Shown: positions 19,257 to 31,305, numbered from the stretch's first letter. The stretch is 64,000 nt of DNA from Gemmatimonadales bacterium (GCA_039794085.1 JBDIWC010000002.1:32001-96000), one strand, 5' to 3'. Made by a program: numbers and translations. Notes: generated from the sequence alone by a model not told the origin.

Positions 19257-20107
19257 AACTCCGCGGCACGTTCCCGGACGAACGCCTCGAAGGTGCGAGG
19301 CTCGCGGCCACCCACGGTTCTGATCACATCCGTGACGGTGGCATTGGAGCCGTCGGCCAGTTCGTCGCCCAGAGCCACCAGGTCATCCGCCAGCCATTGG
19401 GGACATCCGCCGCGCACCAGGCGATCCCGGGCCTCATGCCGGAGCAGATCCACATAGGCGACCCGATGCCCCGTCACCCGGGAGATGGTTTCGGCCACCT
19501 GTAGCATGGTGAGGGAGGCGGGACCGGTCACCTCGAGCGTCCGGGCCGCGCCCTCGATCGATGTCGTCAGCACCCCCGCGGCCACCGCCGCTATGTCCCC
19601 CACGTCGACATAGGCCACCCGCGCATCCCCGATCGACCCGTACAGACGACCCTCCTCCCGCACGGTCGGCGCGTCTCCCAGGAAGTTCTGCATGAAGGCG
19701 GCACACCGCAGGCTGGTGAGCGGCATGCCGAAGGCCGCCCACTGCTCCTCGGACCGGGCATGCCACCGGAGCAACGACACCGGGGAATCGGCCCGTGCTC
19801 CGAGGCCCGACATCCGGACGCAGTGCTCCACCCGATGTCGCTGGGCCGCCCCCATCAGGTGACGCTCCATTTCGACCTGGGAGGGATCGGGAGATGAGGC
19901 CAGGAACACCCTCCGGATCCCTTCCAGGGGAGCATCGAGAGTTTCGGGGATGGCCAGGTTTCCCACCATCACCGGCACACCCCTGTCCCGCAGGTCAGCA
20001 CCGCGGCGAGGATCCCGGACCAGGGCGCGCACCGGGACCTTTCGTTCCATGAGCTCCCGTACCACCCCGCTCCCCACCTTCCCCGTGGCCCCGATGACGA
20101 GAATCAT
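19241..20107 (-). CDS. NmrA-like NAD(P)-binding SDR oxidoreductase
   Basis: ILVIGATGKVG, VRALVRDP, AFMQN, VDVGDIAAVA, TGPASL. Confidence 0.85.
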   Translation of the reverse strand: MILVIGATGKVGSGVVRELMERKVPVRALVRDPRRGADLRDRGVPVMVGNLAIPETLDAPLEGIRRVFLASSPDPSQVEMERHLMGAAQRHRVEHCVRMSGLGARADSPVSLLRWHARSEEQWAAFGMPLTSLRCAAFMQNFLGDAPTVREEGRLYGSIGDARVAYVDVGDIAAVAAGVLTTSIEGAARTLEVTGPASLTMLQVAETISRVTGHRVAYVDLLRHEARDRLVRGGCPQWLADDLVALGDELADGSNATVTDVIRTVGGREPRTFEAFVRERAAEFQPVV

Positions 20108-20134
20108 GTTCCCTCCTTTGTGCCGCGATCCTTC

Positions 20135-21688
20135 CTATTCCCACTCGATCGTGGCGGGTGGTTTGGAACTGATATCGTAGACCACCCGATTCACCCCGTC
20201 CACCTCGTTGGCGATCCGGTTGGCCACCCGGGCCAGGACATCGGCCGGAAAGGGGTACCAATCGGCTGTCATGCCGTCCCGGCTGGTGACCGCCCGAAGT
20301 GCGATGACCTGATCATAGCTCCGTTCGTCTCCCACCACACCCACGGAGCGGACGGGGAGGAGCACCGCGAAGGCCTGCCAGATCTCATCGTAGAGATCGG
20401 CCGCGCGGATTTCCTCCAGAAAGATATGATCCGCGGCCCTCAATCGGTCCAGTCCCTCCCGGGTCACCGCCCCCGGAATCCGGATGGCGAGTCCCGGCCC
20501 CGGGAAGGGGTGTCGTCCGACCATCTCCTCGGGGAGGCCCAGTTCGCGGCCCACCTGGCGGACCTCGTCCTTGAACAGCTCGCGAAGGGGCTCCAGCAAT
20601 CCGAAGGGGAGGCGTTCGGGGAGCCCCCCGACGTTGTGGTGAGTCTTGATGGTGGCCGAGGGTCCTCCGTGACTGCTCATCGACTCGATCACATCGGGGT
20701 AGAGGGTCCCCTGCACCAGCCAGCGGACGTCGCTCCCCACCGCCTTCGCCTCCCGCTCGAACACATCGATGAAGGTGTGGCCGATGCGCTTCCGCTTCAC
20801 CTCGGGATCGCTGACTCCCTCCAGCGCGGCCAGAAACTCCTCGGTGGCATCGACCACCCGGAGATCAATGCCGAGATGGCGGCGGAAGGTGCGCTCGACC
20901 TGATCCCGCTCGTGCAGCCGCAGGAGTCCGTGATCCACGAAGATGCAGGTGAGGCGATCGCCGACGGCGCGGTGCACCAGGGCGGCGGCCACCGAGGAGT
21001 CGACGCCGCCCGACAGTCCGCAGATCACCCGGTCGGTGTTCCCCACCTGGTCCTGCACCCGGGTGATCTCCGAGGCGACGAAGTGCTCCGCCGTCCAGTC
21101 GGGAGTGCATCCGCAGATGTCGAAGAGAAAGGTCCCGAGCATCTCCGACCCACGCGGGGTGTGGGCGACTTCCGGATGAAACTGGACCCCGAAGAGGGGG
21201 AGGGTCTCGTGTTCGATCGCCGCGATCGGGGTGTTGTCGCTGGACGCCACGACCCGGAAGCCCGGCGGGGGCTCCATCACGGAATCACCGTGGCTCATCC
21301 AGACGGGGGTCTCCTCACCGGGAGAGAACGTCGGAAAGAGGCGCCCCCCCGTGACACGCAGGTCCGCCCTCCCGTACTCGCGCCGATCGGCCCGGTGCAC
21401 GCGTCCTCCGGCCAGGTGGGCCATCACCTGCATGCCGTAGCAGAGGCCGAGCACGGGGACCCCGAGGTCCAGAAGGCCCGGATCGGCGGTGGGCACGTTG
21501 TCGCCGTACACCGAGGAGGGACCACCCGAGAGAATGATCCCCCGGGGATTCCACCGCCGGATCCACTCCAGATCCCGCGAGGGGGGATGGATCTCACAGT
21601 ACACGCGGGCCTCCCGCACCCGTCTCGCGATGAGCTGAACGTACTGGGCGCCGAAGTCGATGATGAGGATGCCGGGGTGGTGCGTCAT
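20135..21688 (-). CDS. guaA: GMP synthase (glutamine-hydrolysing)
   Basis: [42 protein letters not shown]. Confidence 0.98.
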   Translation of the reverse strand: MTHHPGILIIDFGAQYVQLIARRVREARVYCEIHPPSRDLEWIRRWNPRGIILSGGPSSVYGDNVPTADPGLLDLGVPVLGLCYGMQVMAHLAGGRVHRADRREYGRADLRVTGGRLFPTFSPGEETPVWMSHGDSVMEPPPGFRVVASSDNTPIAAIEHETLPLFGVQFHPEVAHTPRGSEMLGTFLFDICGCTPDWTAEHFVASEITRVQDQVGNTDRVICGLSGGVDSSVAAALVHRAVGDRLTCIFVDHGLLRLHERDQVERTFRRHLGIDLRVVDATEEFLAALEGVSDPEVKRKRIGHTFIDVFEREAKAVGSDVRWLVQGTLYPDVIESMSSHGGPSATIKTHHNVGGLPERLPFGLLEPLRELFKDEVRQVGRELGLPEEMVGRHPFPGPGLAIRIPGAVTREGLDRLRAADHIFLEEIRAADLYDEIWQAFAVLLPVRSVGVVGDERSYDQVIALRAVTSRDGMTADWYPFPADVLARVANRIANEVDGVNRVVYDISSKPPATIEWE

Positions 21689-22971
21689 GACGGTCCGCGG
21701 TCGGAGGAGAGGAGGGAGAGGGGATCGGGCCGCTCGCGGCGGAACAGGTCATCGACCGTTTCGCGGGCGCGGGCGAGCGCCGAGCGTCCCCCGGCCACCA
21801 CCACCTCCGGGGGCCGTCTCCGCAAGTTATAGTTCGACCCCATGCTGTAGGCGTAGGCGCCGGCACCCAGCACCGCGAGCACGGTTCCGGCGGGCACCGC
21901 GGGGAGCACTCGATCCCGGGCCAGCCAGTCGCCGGTCTCGCACACCGGGCCCACCACGTCCGTGGGACCGACCGGGCCGGCGACGGGGCACACCGGGACA
22001 ATGTGATGATAGGCCTGGTAGAGACTCGGCCGGGACAGGTCGTTCATCCCGGCATCCACAATGACAAAATCCTTCCCCCCGGAATGTTTCCGGTAGAGGA
22101 CTCGAGTGAGGAGAACTCCCCCCGGCCCCACCAGGTACCGGCCCGGTTCCATCTGCGCCTCAAGTCCGCTCTGGCGGACCCCGGTGGCCACCGCCGCCGC
22201 GAGGTCCCGGGGGTCGAGCGCGACTTCGTCCCGGAACCGCATGCCGATGCCCCCCCCGAGGTCGAGCACCCGCAGATCATCGGCGAGGTGGTTCGCTCTC
22301 AGGCGATCGAGAAGGCCGAGCAGGCACGTGAGTCCGTTCCCATAGGGAGCGGGTACGAGGAGTTGGCTTCCCAGGTGCATTCCCAGAGTGTGAAAGGCAA
22401 GCCGGGGCGAGGCCGCAATCTTCTCGGCGGCGGCCTCCACCTGGTCGGCGGGAATGCCGAACTTGATCCCGGCCTGGCCGGTGGAAATGTAAGGATGAGT
22501 CTCGGTCGTCACTCCGGGATTCACCCGGATACCCACCGCCACATCCCGCCCTTGGTGCGCGGCGACCCGGGCCAGAAGGTCAATTTCCTTCGGGGACTCC
22601 ACATGGATCGCCCCGAGGCCGGCCCGCACCGCCTCCGCCAGCTCCTTCTCGGTTTTCCCGACGCCGCTGTAGACGATGCGGTCGGCGGGAATTCCCGCCC
22701 GGAGCGCCGCCGCCATCTCCCCGCCGGACACGATGTCCGCCCCGGCGCCGAGAGCGGCGAGGGTTTCCAGAATGGCCCGGGAGCCATTGGCCTTGACGGC
22801 ATAGCGGACACGGAGAGGCACCCCCTGACCGGCGAAGGCCTGGTGCAGGAGATCGTGCCGTGACCGGAGCACATCCAGATTGTACACGAAGATCGGGGTG
22901 TCGAACTCCCGGGCCACGGTGGCGAGGGAGACCCCCGCCATGTCCAGCGAGCCATCCGGCGCACGGCTCAT
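21685..22971 (-). CDS. lysA: Diaminopimelate decarboxylase (start could be up to ~80 nt further upstream)
   Basis: YAVKAN (PLP Lys), [37 protein letters not shown]. Confidence 0.95.
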   Translation of the reverse strand: MSRAPDGSLDMAGVSLATVAREFDTPIFVYNLDVLRSRHDLLHQAFAGQGVPLRVRYAVKANGSRAILETLAALGAGADIVSGGEMAAALRAGIPADRIVYSGVGKTEKELAEAVRAGLGAIHVESPKEIDLLARVAAHQGRDVAVGIRVNPGVTTETHPYISTGQAGIKFGIPADQVEAAAEKIAASPRLAFHTLGMHLGSQLLVPAPYGNGLTCLLGLLDRLRANHLADDLRVLDLGGGIGMRFRDEVALDPRDLAAAVATGVRQSGLEAQMEPGRYLVGPGGVLLTRVLYRKHSGGKDFVIVDAGMNDLSRPSLYQAYHHIVPVCPVAGPVGPTDVVGPVCETGDWLARDRVLPAVPAGTVLAVLGAGAYAYSMGSNYNLRRRPPEVVVAGGRSALARARETVDDLFRRERPDPLSLLSSDRGPS

Positions 22972-23033
22972 CCCTCCCTCCGCCAGAAGGTCCGCCTCCC
23001 ACGGTTCCCTCGGGTCGACGGGCGGGACCACCC

Positions 23034-24476
23034 TCAGTACGCCTTGGCCCAGACCGCCTCGTCCCGCGCGGGATTCCCACACCAGAGACAGGTGGCCGGC
23101 GGGGACTCGGACCGGAACTCGGCATCAGGAAGCACGCGAATGGTGGCCTTGGTGGTGCTCTTGATGTCCGCTTCGCACGCCACCTGACCGCACCACCCCC
23201 CGTAGACGAATCCTCCGTCTCCCTCCATGAGCGCGATGAAATCGTCCCGGCTCACGCCGCGATGACTGTTGGCCTCCCGCCGCTGGAGGGCGGCCGTCAG
23301 CATGTCGGCCTGCATGAGATCCAGCGCCTCACGAACCGTTGCCACCACCCCCGCGCGAGGCGCCGGCGCCTTCCCGCCGGTGCGCCGGGCCAGCATCACC
23401 GTGCCCTGGGCCAGGTCCCGCGGCCCGATCTCCATCCGGAGTGGCACCCCGCGCGTCTCCCATTCGTAGTACTTCGCCCCCGGCTTGATCCCCTCCCGAA
23501 CGTCGATCGTGGCGCGAATCCCGGCCTCCCGCAGCTCCGCGAGGAGAGCGTGGCCCGCCTCCGCGGTGGCGCTCCGTTCCTCGTCGCTCCGCCAGATGGG
23601 GACCACCACGACCTGCCACTGCGCCAGGCGGGGCGGGCAGACGAGGCCGGCATCGTCACCGTGGGTCATGATGAGGCCGCCGATCAGGCGGGTGGACACT
23701 CCCCAGGACGTGCTCCAGACATGGTCCAGTCCCCCGTCCGCCGTCTGGTAGGTCACGTCGAACGCCCGGGCAAAGTTCTGGCCCAGGTTGTGGCTGGTAC
23801 CGGCCTGGAGCGACTTGTTGTCCTGCATCAGAGCTTCGCAGGCGTAGGTCCGCACCGCCCCGGCAAAGCGCTCTGAATCGCTCTTGCGCCCGGTGAGCAC
23901 CGGCATCGCCATCCACGATTCCATGAAGGTGCGGTAGATCCCGAGGATCCGGAGAGTTTCCTCCTCCGCCTCCGCCTCGCTGGCATGTGCGGTATGGCCC
24001 TCCTGCCAGAGGAACTCGGTGGTCCGCAGGAAGAGGCGCGTCCGCAGTTCCCATCGCACCACGTTGGCCCACTGGTTGAGCAGCACCGGAAGGTCCCGGT
24101 AGCTCTGGATCCACTTCGACAGCATCGCGTAGATGATGGTTTCCGACGTGGGGCGCACGACCAGAGGCTCCTCCAGGAGCTTGCCCCCTCCGTGGGTCAC
24201 CACCGCCGTTTCCGGGGCGAATCCCTCGACATGCTCCGCTTCCTTGGCCAGGAAGCTTTGCGGAATGAAGAGCGGGAAATACGCATTCTGATGCCCGGTG
24301 TCCTTGAACATCCGGTCCAGACCCCGTTGCATCTCCTCCCAGATGGCGTACCCGTTGGGCCGGATGACCATGCACCCCCGGACCGGACTGTAGTCGGCGA
24401 GTTCGGATCGCAGGACGAGTTCGTTGTACCAGGCGTTGAAGTCCTTCGCCCGGGGAGTCAGACCTTTGTCAGCCAT
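23034..24476 (-). CDS. proS: Prolyl-tRNA synthetase (archaeal/eukaryote-like type)
   Basis: [38 protein letters not shown]-terminal AKAY. Confidence 0.97.
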   Translation of the reverse strand: MADKGLTPRAKDFNAWYNELVLRSELADYSPVRGCMVIRPNGYAIWEEMQRGLDRMFKDTGHQNAYFPLFIPQSFLAKEAEHVEGFAPETAVVTHGGGKLLEEPLVVRPTSETIIYAMLSKWIQSYRDLPVLLNQWANVVRWELRTRLFLRTTEFLWQEGHTAHASEAEAEEETLRILGIYRTFMESWMAMPVLTGRKSDSERFAGAVRTYACEALMQDNKSLQAGTSHNLGQNFARAFDVTYQTADGGLDHVWSTSWGVSTRLIGGLIMTHGDDAGLVCPPRLAQWQVVVVPIWRSDEERSATAEAGHALLAELREAGIRATIDVREGIKPGAKYYEWETRGVPLRMEIGPRDLAQGTVMLARRTGGKAPAPRAGVVATVREALDLMQADMLTAALQRREANSHRGVSRDDFIALMEGDGGFVYGGWCGQVACEADIKSTTKATIRVLPDAEFRSESPPATCLWCGNPARDEAVWAKAY

Positions 24477-25806
24477 CGTGGGCCATCGGCGTTTCGTGGG
24501 AGGTGGCGGATGCCGCGAGGGCAGTCCGAAGCGTGGCGACCGCGCGGTCGCGCGGAACGTGCCGCTGGGTGTTGGTGGCCAGGTCCTTCAGCACCACCTC
24601 CCCGCGGGCGCGGTCGTCAGGGCCGATCACAACGGCCCAGGTGGCCCGCCGAGCGTCGGCGTGGCGCAGTTGGCGGCCCAGTGCCTGGACAGAGAGGCCA
24701 TACTCGGTCCGTACCCCGGCCCTCCGCAGTTCTGCCGCCAGGGAAAGGACGTGGACCTGATCCTCAGGAGTGACTCCGGCCACCCAGACATCGAGTCGTC
24801 CGGGTGTCCCGGGGACGAGGTTCCGGTCCTTCAATAGTTCCCCGAGCACCACGTCTCCCATGCCAAATCCGCAGGCGGGAAGGTCGACGCCGCCCAGCGC
24901 GAGCAGGAGACCGTCATACCGCCCGCCGCCACAGATGGCACGGAGGGATCGTCCCGCATCGAAGAGTTCGAACACGGTACCTGTGTAGTAGGCGAGGCCA
25001 CGCACGATGGTCAGGTCGACATCGACGAAGTCACCGACACCCAACGCCTCCAGCCCGGCCACCACGGCGCGGAGACCGGTGCCGGCGTCCTCCCCCCCCG
25101 GGACCATCGCCAGGGCTTCCTCGACGGCGGGCATCCCCCGGAGTCCGGCCACCGCGCGGAGGGGTTCCGCCATCCCGGATCCGAGCCCGGAGCGCTCCAG
25201 CATCTCGTCGAGGGCCGCCGGTGTGAGGCGCTCGATCTTGTCCACCACCTGGTAGGCCTCGGAGAGCATCTCCTCGACCACCCCGGCCTGCCGAAGCAGC
25301 GCCGCGAGCACCCGGCGGTCGGAGAGCCGTACCCGGACCTCCCGGGGTCCCAGCCCCAGTTCCCGCATGATCTCGAGGGCCAGCGCAATCACCTCGGCGT
25401 CCGCGAGCGGTCCGGGTTCGCCGATCAGATCGCAGTTGAGCTGGAAGTGTTCCCGGAGCCGGCCCCGCTGCTGCCGTTCATAGCGAAAGAGCTGTGGCGT
25501 GGCGAACCACCGGATCGGTTTGCGGAGTCCATTCGCCCGAGCCGCCACCATCCGAGCGAGGGTGGGCGTCATTTCCGGACGCAGTGCCACCTGCCGCCCC
25601 CCCTTGTCCTCGAACGCATAGAGCTGGGTCACGATTTCGGGGCCGCTCTTGGAGGTATAGAGTTCCAGTGGCTCCAGGGGAGGACCGTCGTATTCATCGA
25701 AACCGAAGCGGAGGGCCACGCGCCGCCAGGCAGCAACAATGTGTGCGCGGAGGGCAAAGTCGTCGGGATAGAAGTCGCGGAATCCCGGCAGCGCCTTGGT
25801 GTGCAT
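24469..25806 (-). CDS. hisS: Histidyl-tRNA synthetase
   Basis: [39 protein letters not shown]. Confidence 0.96.
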   Translation of the reverse strand: MHTKALPGFRDFYPDDFALRAHIVAAWRRVALRFGFDEYDGPPLEPLELYTSKSGPEIVTQLYAFEDKGGRQVALRPEMTPTLARMVAARANGLRKPIRWFATPQLFRYERQQRGRLREHFQLNCDLIGEPGPLADAEVIALALEIMRELGLGPREVRVRLSDRRVLAALLRQAGVVEEMLSEAYQVVDKIERLTPAALDEMLERSGLGSGMAEPLRAVAGLRGMPAVEEALAMVPGGEDAGTGLRAVVAGLEALGVGDFVDVDLTIVRGLAYYTGTVFELFDAGRSLRAICGGGRYDGLLLALGGVDLPACGFGMGDVVLGELLKDRNLVPGTPGRLDVWVAGVTPEDQVHVLSLAAELRRAGVRTEYGLSVQALGRQLRHADARRATWAVVIGPDDRARGEVVLKDLATNTQRHVPRDRAVATLRTALAASATSHETPMAHDG

Positions 25807-25857
25807 CCCGGGCAAAATAAGCCCCCCGCCCCGCGGGTACCACCCCGAAAACCTCTG

Positions 25858-27150
25858 CTACAGGGGATGCGGGGGTGGGTCGACGACTTCGGCCAGACCG
25901 AGGTCCGCGAGAACATCCCCCACGGTGTGGAAGGAACCGGTGACCAGGACCGTGGCGGCGCCCTCGCGCACCACCCGGAGCGCCTCCTGGAAGTCGGGCA
26001 CCAGGCTCCAGTGGGCCCGCGGGGTCGGTCGGTCGGTGCGCTCAAGCCACTCCTGGAGCCAGGTCGTGTTCCACCCGCGGTCCAGGGCGGTCGGAGCCAC
26101 GGTGAGAACGCCCCGATCGATCACCGCGTCGAGGGCCACCAGCATCTCGGGCCAGGGCTTGTCCCCGAGGATGGAGACCAATGCGTGCACCGGACCCGGC
26201 AGCGGTTCAGCCCGAAGCGCATCGGTGAGGGAGGCCATTCCGTCGGGATTGTGAGCCACATCGAAGAGCCAGCGGCCCCGGCGGTCGAGCCGGCCGGGCA
26301 CCGTCACCGTCGAGAAGGCCCTTTCCACCGCCGCTTCCGGAGGGCGGTACGGTTCCGGCAGCGCCCGGAGGGCGGCGTGAGCCACGGCCGCATTTCGTCG
26401 TTGATGCGAGCCTCGGAGCCGCAGGTCTCCTTCCCATCTCCCGTCCGGCGCGAGGGGCCGCCACAGAAGTTCGCCCCGGCCGGAAGCGGCCACCGCCTCC
26501 CGTGCCGCCGTCTCAAGGACACCCCGCACGACCGGGTCCCGCTCGCCCACCACGAACGGCCTCCCCGGCTTGGCGATCCATGCCTTTTCACGGGCAATCG
26601 CCTCCACTGTGTCTCCGAGGTACTTCTGGTGATCCTTCGCGATCCCCGTGACCACCGAGACGAGGGGGTCGACCACGTTCGTGCTATCGAGGCGTCCGCC
26701 GAGCCCCACTTCCACCACCGCGATCTCGGCGCCGCGGGCGGCCATGTCGGCAAAGGCCATGGCCGTCGTGGTTTCGAAGAAGGTGGCTCCCAGGTGGGTG
26801 GCCCGCGGTTGCAGGCGACGGGCCCACATCGTCACGGCGCCCTCGCTGATGGGCTCCCCATCGACCCGGATGCGCTCCCGGAAGGAGGTCAGGTGGGGAG
26901 AGGTGTACAGTCCGACCCGCCATCCCGCCTCGGAGAGGGCACCCGCCATGAGGTGGGAGACGCTCCCCTTCCCGTTCGTGCCCCCCACGTGGACCATGGG
27001 AACCACTCGCTCCGGATGTCCCAGGCTGTCCAGGAGGTCCCGGGTGGTGTCGAGCCCGAACTTGATCGTCGTGATCCGGGGAAAGAGCCAGGCCAGGGCG
27101 TCGGGATAGGATCCGATGAGCGACGCAGGCTCCGCGAAGGAGGTGGACAT
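25858..27150 (-). CDS. folC: Folylpolyglutamate synthase / dihydrofolate synthase
   Basis: HVGGTNGKGS, YTSPHL, EVGLGGRLDSTN, DVAHNPDG. Confidence 0.95.
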   Translation of the reverse strand: MSTSFAEPASLIGSYPDALAWLFPRITTIKFGLDTTRDLLDSLGHPERVVPMVHVGGTNGKGSVSHLMAGALSEAGWRVGLYTSPHLTSFRERIRVDGEPISEGAVTMWARRLQPRATHLGATFFETTTAMAFADMAARGAEIAVVEVGLGGRLDSTNVVDPLVSVVTGIAKDHQKYLGDTVEAIAREKAWIAKPGRPFVVGERDPVVRGVLETAAREAVAASGRGELLWRPLAPDGRWEGDLRLRGSHQRRNAAVAHAALRALPEPYRPPEAAVERAFSTVTVPGRLDRRGRWLFDVAHNPDGMASLTDALRAEPLPGPVHALVSILGDKPWPEMLVALDAVIDRGVLTVAPTALDRGWNTTWLQEWLERTDRPTPRAHWSLVPDFQEALRVVREGAATVLVTGSFHTVGDVLADLGLAEVVDPPPHPL

Positions 27151-27224
27151 GGCTTCACAACCACGAAGCCGGTGGTCGGAGCAGTCCGATCACCGGCTTC
27201 GGTCCGGGGCGGGATGGTCGCGTC

Positions 27225-28094
27225 TCAGGCCGCGTCACCCGCATCCGAAGGTTGGGGACGGTATCTCTGCATGTGGCGCAGGAGACGGGCGGTGGTTTCC
27301 CGGAGAGAGCCCCGGGGAACCACTCCGTCGATCTGGCCATGGTCCAGGAGGAATTCCGCCGTCTGAAACCCCTCGGGAAGATCCTGACCAATGGTCTGCT
27401 TGATCACTCGCTGCCCGGCGAACCCGATCACCGCGCCCGGCTCGGCCAGGATCACGTCCCCCTGCATGGCAAAGGAGGCGGACACCCCGCCGGTGGTCGG
27501 GTCGGTGAGAATGCTGAGATAGGGAATCGAGAGGGAGCGGAGGCGGGCGATAGCGGCGGAGGTCTTGGCCATTTGCATCAGGGAAAAGACGCCCTCCTGC
27601 ATGCGGGCGCCGCCCGAGGTGCTGACCAGGATCAGGGGGACACGTTTCTCGGCGGATCGTCTGGCCAACCGGGTGATCTTCTCTCCCACGACCGATCCCA
27701 TCGACCCTCCCATGAAGGCGAAGTTCATCACCCCGAGGTGGGCCTGCATCCCCTCGATCTTGCAGGCTCCCGTCATGATGGCATCGGCACACCCGGCCTT
27801 CCGCTGGTTGGCCACCAGGCGATCGGGGTACTGCTCGAACTGGAGCGGATCCAGGGACGTCACCGCAGGCCAGAGCTCCCGCCACGTCCCGGCATCCACC
27901 AACATGCCGACGTACCCTTCCGCGTGGAACCGGCGATGGTGCCCGCACTCCGGGCAGACGTTAAATGCCTTCTCGAACTTCTCCCGCAGATCGGTGTGCC
28001 CGCAGCCGGGACACTTGTCCCACGCATCGCGGGGGATCTCGAGCCGCTCTCGTTGAGAGGCGCGCGGCTTCCGCTCTTTCTTAAACCAGGCCAT
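27225..28094 (-). CDS. accD: Acetyl-CoA carboxylase carboxyltransferase beta subunit
   Basis: CxxC...CxxC zinc finger, FMGGSMGSVVGEK, SGGARMQE, PTTGGVSASFA, FQTAEFLL. Confidence 0.96.
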   Translation of the reverse strand: MAWFKKERKPRASQRERLEIPRDAWDKCPGCGHTDLREKFEKAFNVCPECGHHRRFHAEGYVGMLVDAGTWRELWPAVTSLDPLQFEQYPDRLVANQRKAGCADAIMTGACKIEGMQAHLGVMNFAFMGGSMGSVVGEKITRLARRSAEKRVPLILVSTSGGARMQEGVFSLMQMAKTSAAIARLRSLSIPYLSILTDPTTGGVSASFAMQGDVILAEPGAVIGFAGQRVIKQTIGQDLPEGFQTAEFLLDHGQIDGVVPRGSLRETTARLLRHMQRYRPQPSDAGDAA

Positions 28095-28213
28095 AACAGC
28101 CATAGGTATCTGTCCGAAGGAGAAGGTGGTCTCGGGAAACCGGACGCGTCGGCATCACCTGCAATCTGGGGCAGAAACGCAACACGCGCTAGGCCCCAAC
28201 ACCCAAGATGTTG

Positions 28214-29455
28214 TCATACAACGAGATAGCTCGACCGCCTCGATTCCTGCGCGGCCCGGAGAACCAACCCCATGCCCATGGCCGTCGTGAGCACAAAGGA
28301 GCCTCCGTAGCTGAAAAACGGCAGGGGAATCCCCGTGATCGGCATGAGATTGACGGTCATTCCCACGTTTTCAATGATGTGGGTTGCCAGAAGCCCGAGC
28401 ACGCCGAACGCCACGAGACTACCGAAGGGATCCACGGCTTCGCGCGCGATGCGGACCAGCGCGAACAGCAGTGCCAGAAACAGCACGAGGGCGAGGAGCA
28501 CCCCCAGGAACCCGAGTTCCTCCCCGACGATGGGGAAGATGAAATCGGTGTGCTGCTCCGGGATGAACGCGAGCCGTTTCTGGGGGCCCTCAAGGAACCC
28601 GTTTCCCGTCCATCCTCCCGATCCAACCGCCACGCGCGACTGGATGGCCTGATAGCCCGAGCGCACCGGGTCGGATTCGGGATTGAGGAAGGTCACCAGG
28701 CGCTGTTGCTGATAGGGTTTGAGGCGATTCCAGAGCATGATGGCGAGAACACCCATGGCGCTGTTCACGACATAGACAAAGACTCCCTCCCCGACCCACC
28801 GGCGCCAGGCAATCAGCAGCAGGAACAGGAGGATCATCCATCCGGCCCAGAGCCGGGTGTCCACGGCAAGGAGAAGACTGATGACGGGAGAGGCGAGCAT
28901 CAGCAGGAGGGAGGGGCGCACCCCGGCCCAGAACAACATGGAGAAAAAGATGCCCACGAAGACGATCGCACTTCCCAGATCGGGCTGCGCCATCACGAGG
29001 AGAAAGGGCGCCCCGGCGATGAGGGCGGGGCGGATGAGGGCACGGAGAGTTTGTGGTGCTTCCCGGAGGTCGGTGAGGTAACGAGCCAGAAAGAGGATGG
29101 TGGCGATCTTGGCCAACTCGGAGGGCTGGCCCAACCGGATGCCGCCCACGGTGAGCCAGCTGCGGGAACTCGCCGCCCCCCCCGCCCCCGTTCCCATGAC
29201 GAGGGTGAGTCCGAGGATCAGAAGCGAGAGGACCCAGATGCCGGGAGCGGCCCACTCCAGGATCCGGAAGGACACCCGGGACATGACCAGAGCGACGACC
29301 ACGCCCAGCCCCATCCAGGCCAGCTGGCGAGTCCAGGCCCCGGTGGCGTTGGTCGGTACGTCGGTCTGGCCGGCCGAGTACAGGATGGTGATTCCGAACA
29401 AGGCGAGGAGGACCACCAGGACCACCAATCCGCGATCGGCGCGGGGGGCGCTCAT
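28214..29455 (-). CDS. rodA: Rod shape-determining SEDS protein RodA
   Basis: QPSELAK, QPDLGS, GYQAIQSRVAVGSGG, PEQHTDFIF, SYGGS; follows mrdA. Confidence 0.95.
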   Translation of the reverse strand: MSAPRADRGLVVLVVLLALFGITILYSAGQTDVPTNATGAWTRQLAWMGLGVVVALVMSRVSFRILEWAAPGIWVLSLLILGLTLVMGTGAGGAASSRSWLTVGGIRLGQPSELAKIATILFLARYLTDLREAPQTLRALIRPALIAGAPFLLVMAQPDLGSAIVFVGIFFSMLFWAGVRPSLLLMLASPVISLLLAVDTRLWAGWMILLFLLLIAWRRWVGEGVFVYVVNSAMGVLAIMLWNRLKPYQQQRLVTFLNPESDPVRSGYQAIQSRVAVGSGGWTGNGFLEGPQKRLAFIPEQHTDFIFPIVGEELGFLGVLLALVLFLALLFALVRIAREAVDPFGSLVAFGVLGLLATHIIENVGMTVNLMPITGIPLPFFSYGGSFVLTTAMGMGLVLRAAQESRRSSYLVV

Positions 29456-31305
29456 GGCGCACCGCCGCCACGACCCACCAGGTCCGGCGTGAGGAACACC
29501 GGCCGGGGGGCCGAGTCTTCCGGAAAAAGGAGCTTGATGTCGACAGGCTGGTCTCCCTCGGAGGGTTCGAGATACCGGCGGATCACCCGGGCCACGTACG
29601 GGCCCACGGATGATCCGTGCAGTCCCTTCTCCATGATCGCCCCCACGATGATCTCCGGCTTGTCGGCGGGGGCAAACCCGATGAACCACCCATGATCAGC
29701 CCCGTGGGGATTCTGGGCCGTTCCGGTCTTGCCGGCCATTTGAAAATCGGCGCTCCGGCTGGCGGCCGCGGTGCCCCGCTCCACCACCGCGATCAGGGCC
29801 CGCCGGAGCCCCGCCACCGCGTCGGGTGCGAGGGCGAGATCCCGGGTTTCGGCGGTGGTCCGGGCCACGAGATACGGGGCCGGGGACACCCCGTCGGTGG
29901 CGAGGGCCTGGTAGAGCCTCATCACGTTCATCAGGCTCTGATCATTCTCTCCCTGGCCGATCGAGAGGTTCAGCACCACCGCATTGGTCCAACCGCGCGG
30001 TCCGTAGAGCCGGTCGTAATACGCCGTTCCCGAGGGGAAGGAAGATCGGGTGTCCCCGCCGAGGTCAATTTCGCTCCGCTCCCCGAATCCCATCTCGATC
30101 CCGTCCTCCAGAATCGCATTGAGACCCAGCCGAAGTCCAAGCTGGTAGAAATAGACGTCGCAGCTGGCCGCAATAGCCCCTTCCAGATCGAGGGACCCAT
30201 GCCCTTCCCTCTTCCAGCAGCGGAAGGTTCGATTGCCGAATCGGAGTCCCCCCCGGCACGGCTGGTCCATGTGGGTGTCCAGCCGGGCCAGGCCCCGCCG
30301 CATGGCCATCGCGGCGATGGCGAGCTTGAAGGGGGAGGCGGGCGGATAGGTTCCCTGGGTGGCGCGATTGAAGAGCGGCTTGCCCGCCTCCTCGCTGGTG
30401 AGAGCCCGGTACTGGTCGCTAGAGATCCCGCCCACGAACTCGTTCGGATCGTACGTGGGGGCACTGTACATCGCGAGGATCCCCCCATCCGGGGCCATCG
30501 CCACCATCGCCCCACTGAACTGGGGGAAGGCCGCCTGCCACAGACTGTCAATGTACTCCTGAAGGGGAAGATCGATCGTGGTCTGAATCGCGTCCCCGGG
30601 AACCGGCATTCGGGACAGCGCCGAGGTCTCCTCCCGGACCATGCGTCCCCGGGCATTCACTTCGATGAATCGCACCCCATCCCGTCCGCGAAGGATCGAA
30701 TCGTACCGCGCCTCCAGACCATCCTTCCCGACCACGGTGCCCAGGCGCGCACCGGGAAATCCCGTCGAGGCGAGTTCTCGTTCCGAGATCTCCCCGACAT
30801 ACCCGACCACGTGAGCCACCGCGCTCCCGGCCGGGTAACGGCGCCGCGGTTCGGTTTGGACCACCAGACCGGGAAGGGAGATCCGATGCTCCTCCAGGCG
30901 GGCGATCAGATCAAAGGACGTACTTCCGAGCACCAACGCCGGCTGGTAGGGGGCGCTCCGGTACCGGGACAGCACCTGGGCCACCGTGGCGCTGTCGAGC
31001 GGAACCAGTTTCTGGAACCGATCAAGAACAGCCCGGAGGGAGTCCACCGAGGGAGCGAAGAGCTTGACCGTGTACCCGGGGACGTTCTCCGCGATCACCA
31101 GGCCGTTGCGGTCGAGGATCGGACCCCGGGGGGCGGACAGCACCACCTCCCGGAGCCGGTTGCTCTGAGCCCGCAGCCGGTACCGGTCGTTCTGGAGAAC
31201 CTGGAGCCGGAAGAACGCCCCCCCCACCACAAGAAACACAACCGCCAGGATGACGCGTGCCAGGACCGCGCGATCCCGCAGTCGATATGGATCGAGGTAG
31301 CTCAT
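29452..31305 (-). CDS. mrdA: Penicillin-binding protein 2
   Basis: RGPILDRNG, SPFK (SxxK), SCD, KTGTAQ; mre operon context. Confidence 0.95.
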   Translation of the reverse strand: MSYLDPYRLRDRAVLARVILAVVFLVVGGAFFRLQVLQNDRYRLRAQSNRLREVVLSAPRGPILDRNGLVIAENVPGYTVKLFAPSVDSLRAVLDRFQKLVPLDSATVAQVLSRYRSAPYQPALVLGSTSFDLIARLEEHRISLPGLVVQTEPRRRYPAGSAVAHVVGYVGEISERELASTGFPGARLGTVVGKDGLEARYDSILRGRDGVRFIEVNARGRMVREETSALSRMPVPGDAIQTTIDLPLQEYIDSLWQAAFPQFSGAMVAMAPDGGILAMYSAPTYDPNEFVGGISSDQYRALTSEEAGKPLFNRATQGTYPPASPFKLAIAAMAMRRGLARLDTHMDQPCRGGLRFGNRTFRCWKREGHGSLDLEGAIAASCDVYFYQLGLRLGLNAILEDGIEMGFGERSEIDLGGDTRSSFPSGTAYYDRLYGPRGWTNAVVLNLSIGQGENDQSLMNVMRLYQALATDGVSPAPYLVARTTAETRDLALAPDAVAGLRRALIAVVERGTAAASRSADFQMAGKTGTAQNPHGADHGWFIGFAPADKPEIIVGAIMEKGLHGSSVGPYVARVIRRYLEPSEGDQPVDIKLLFPEDSAPRPVFLTPDLVGRGGGAP

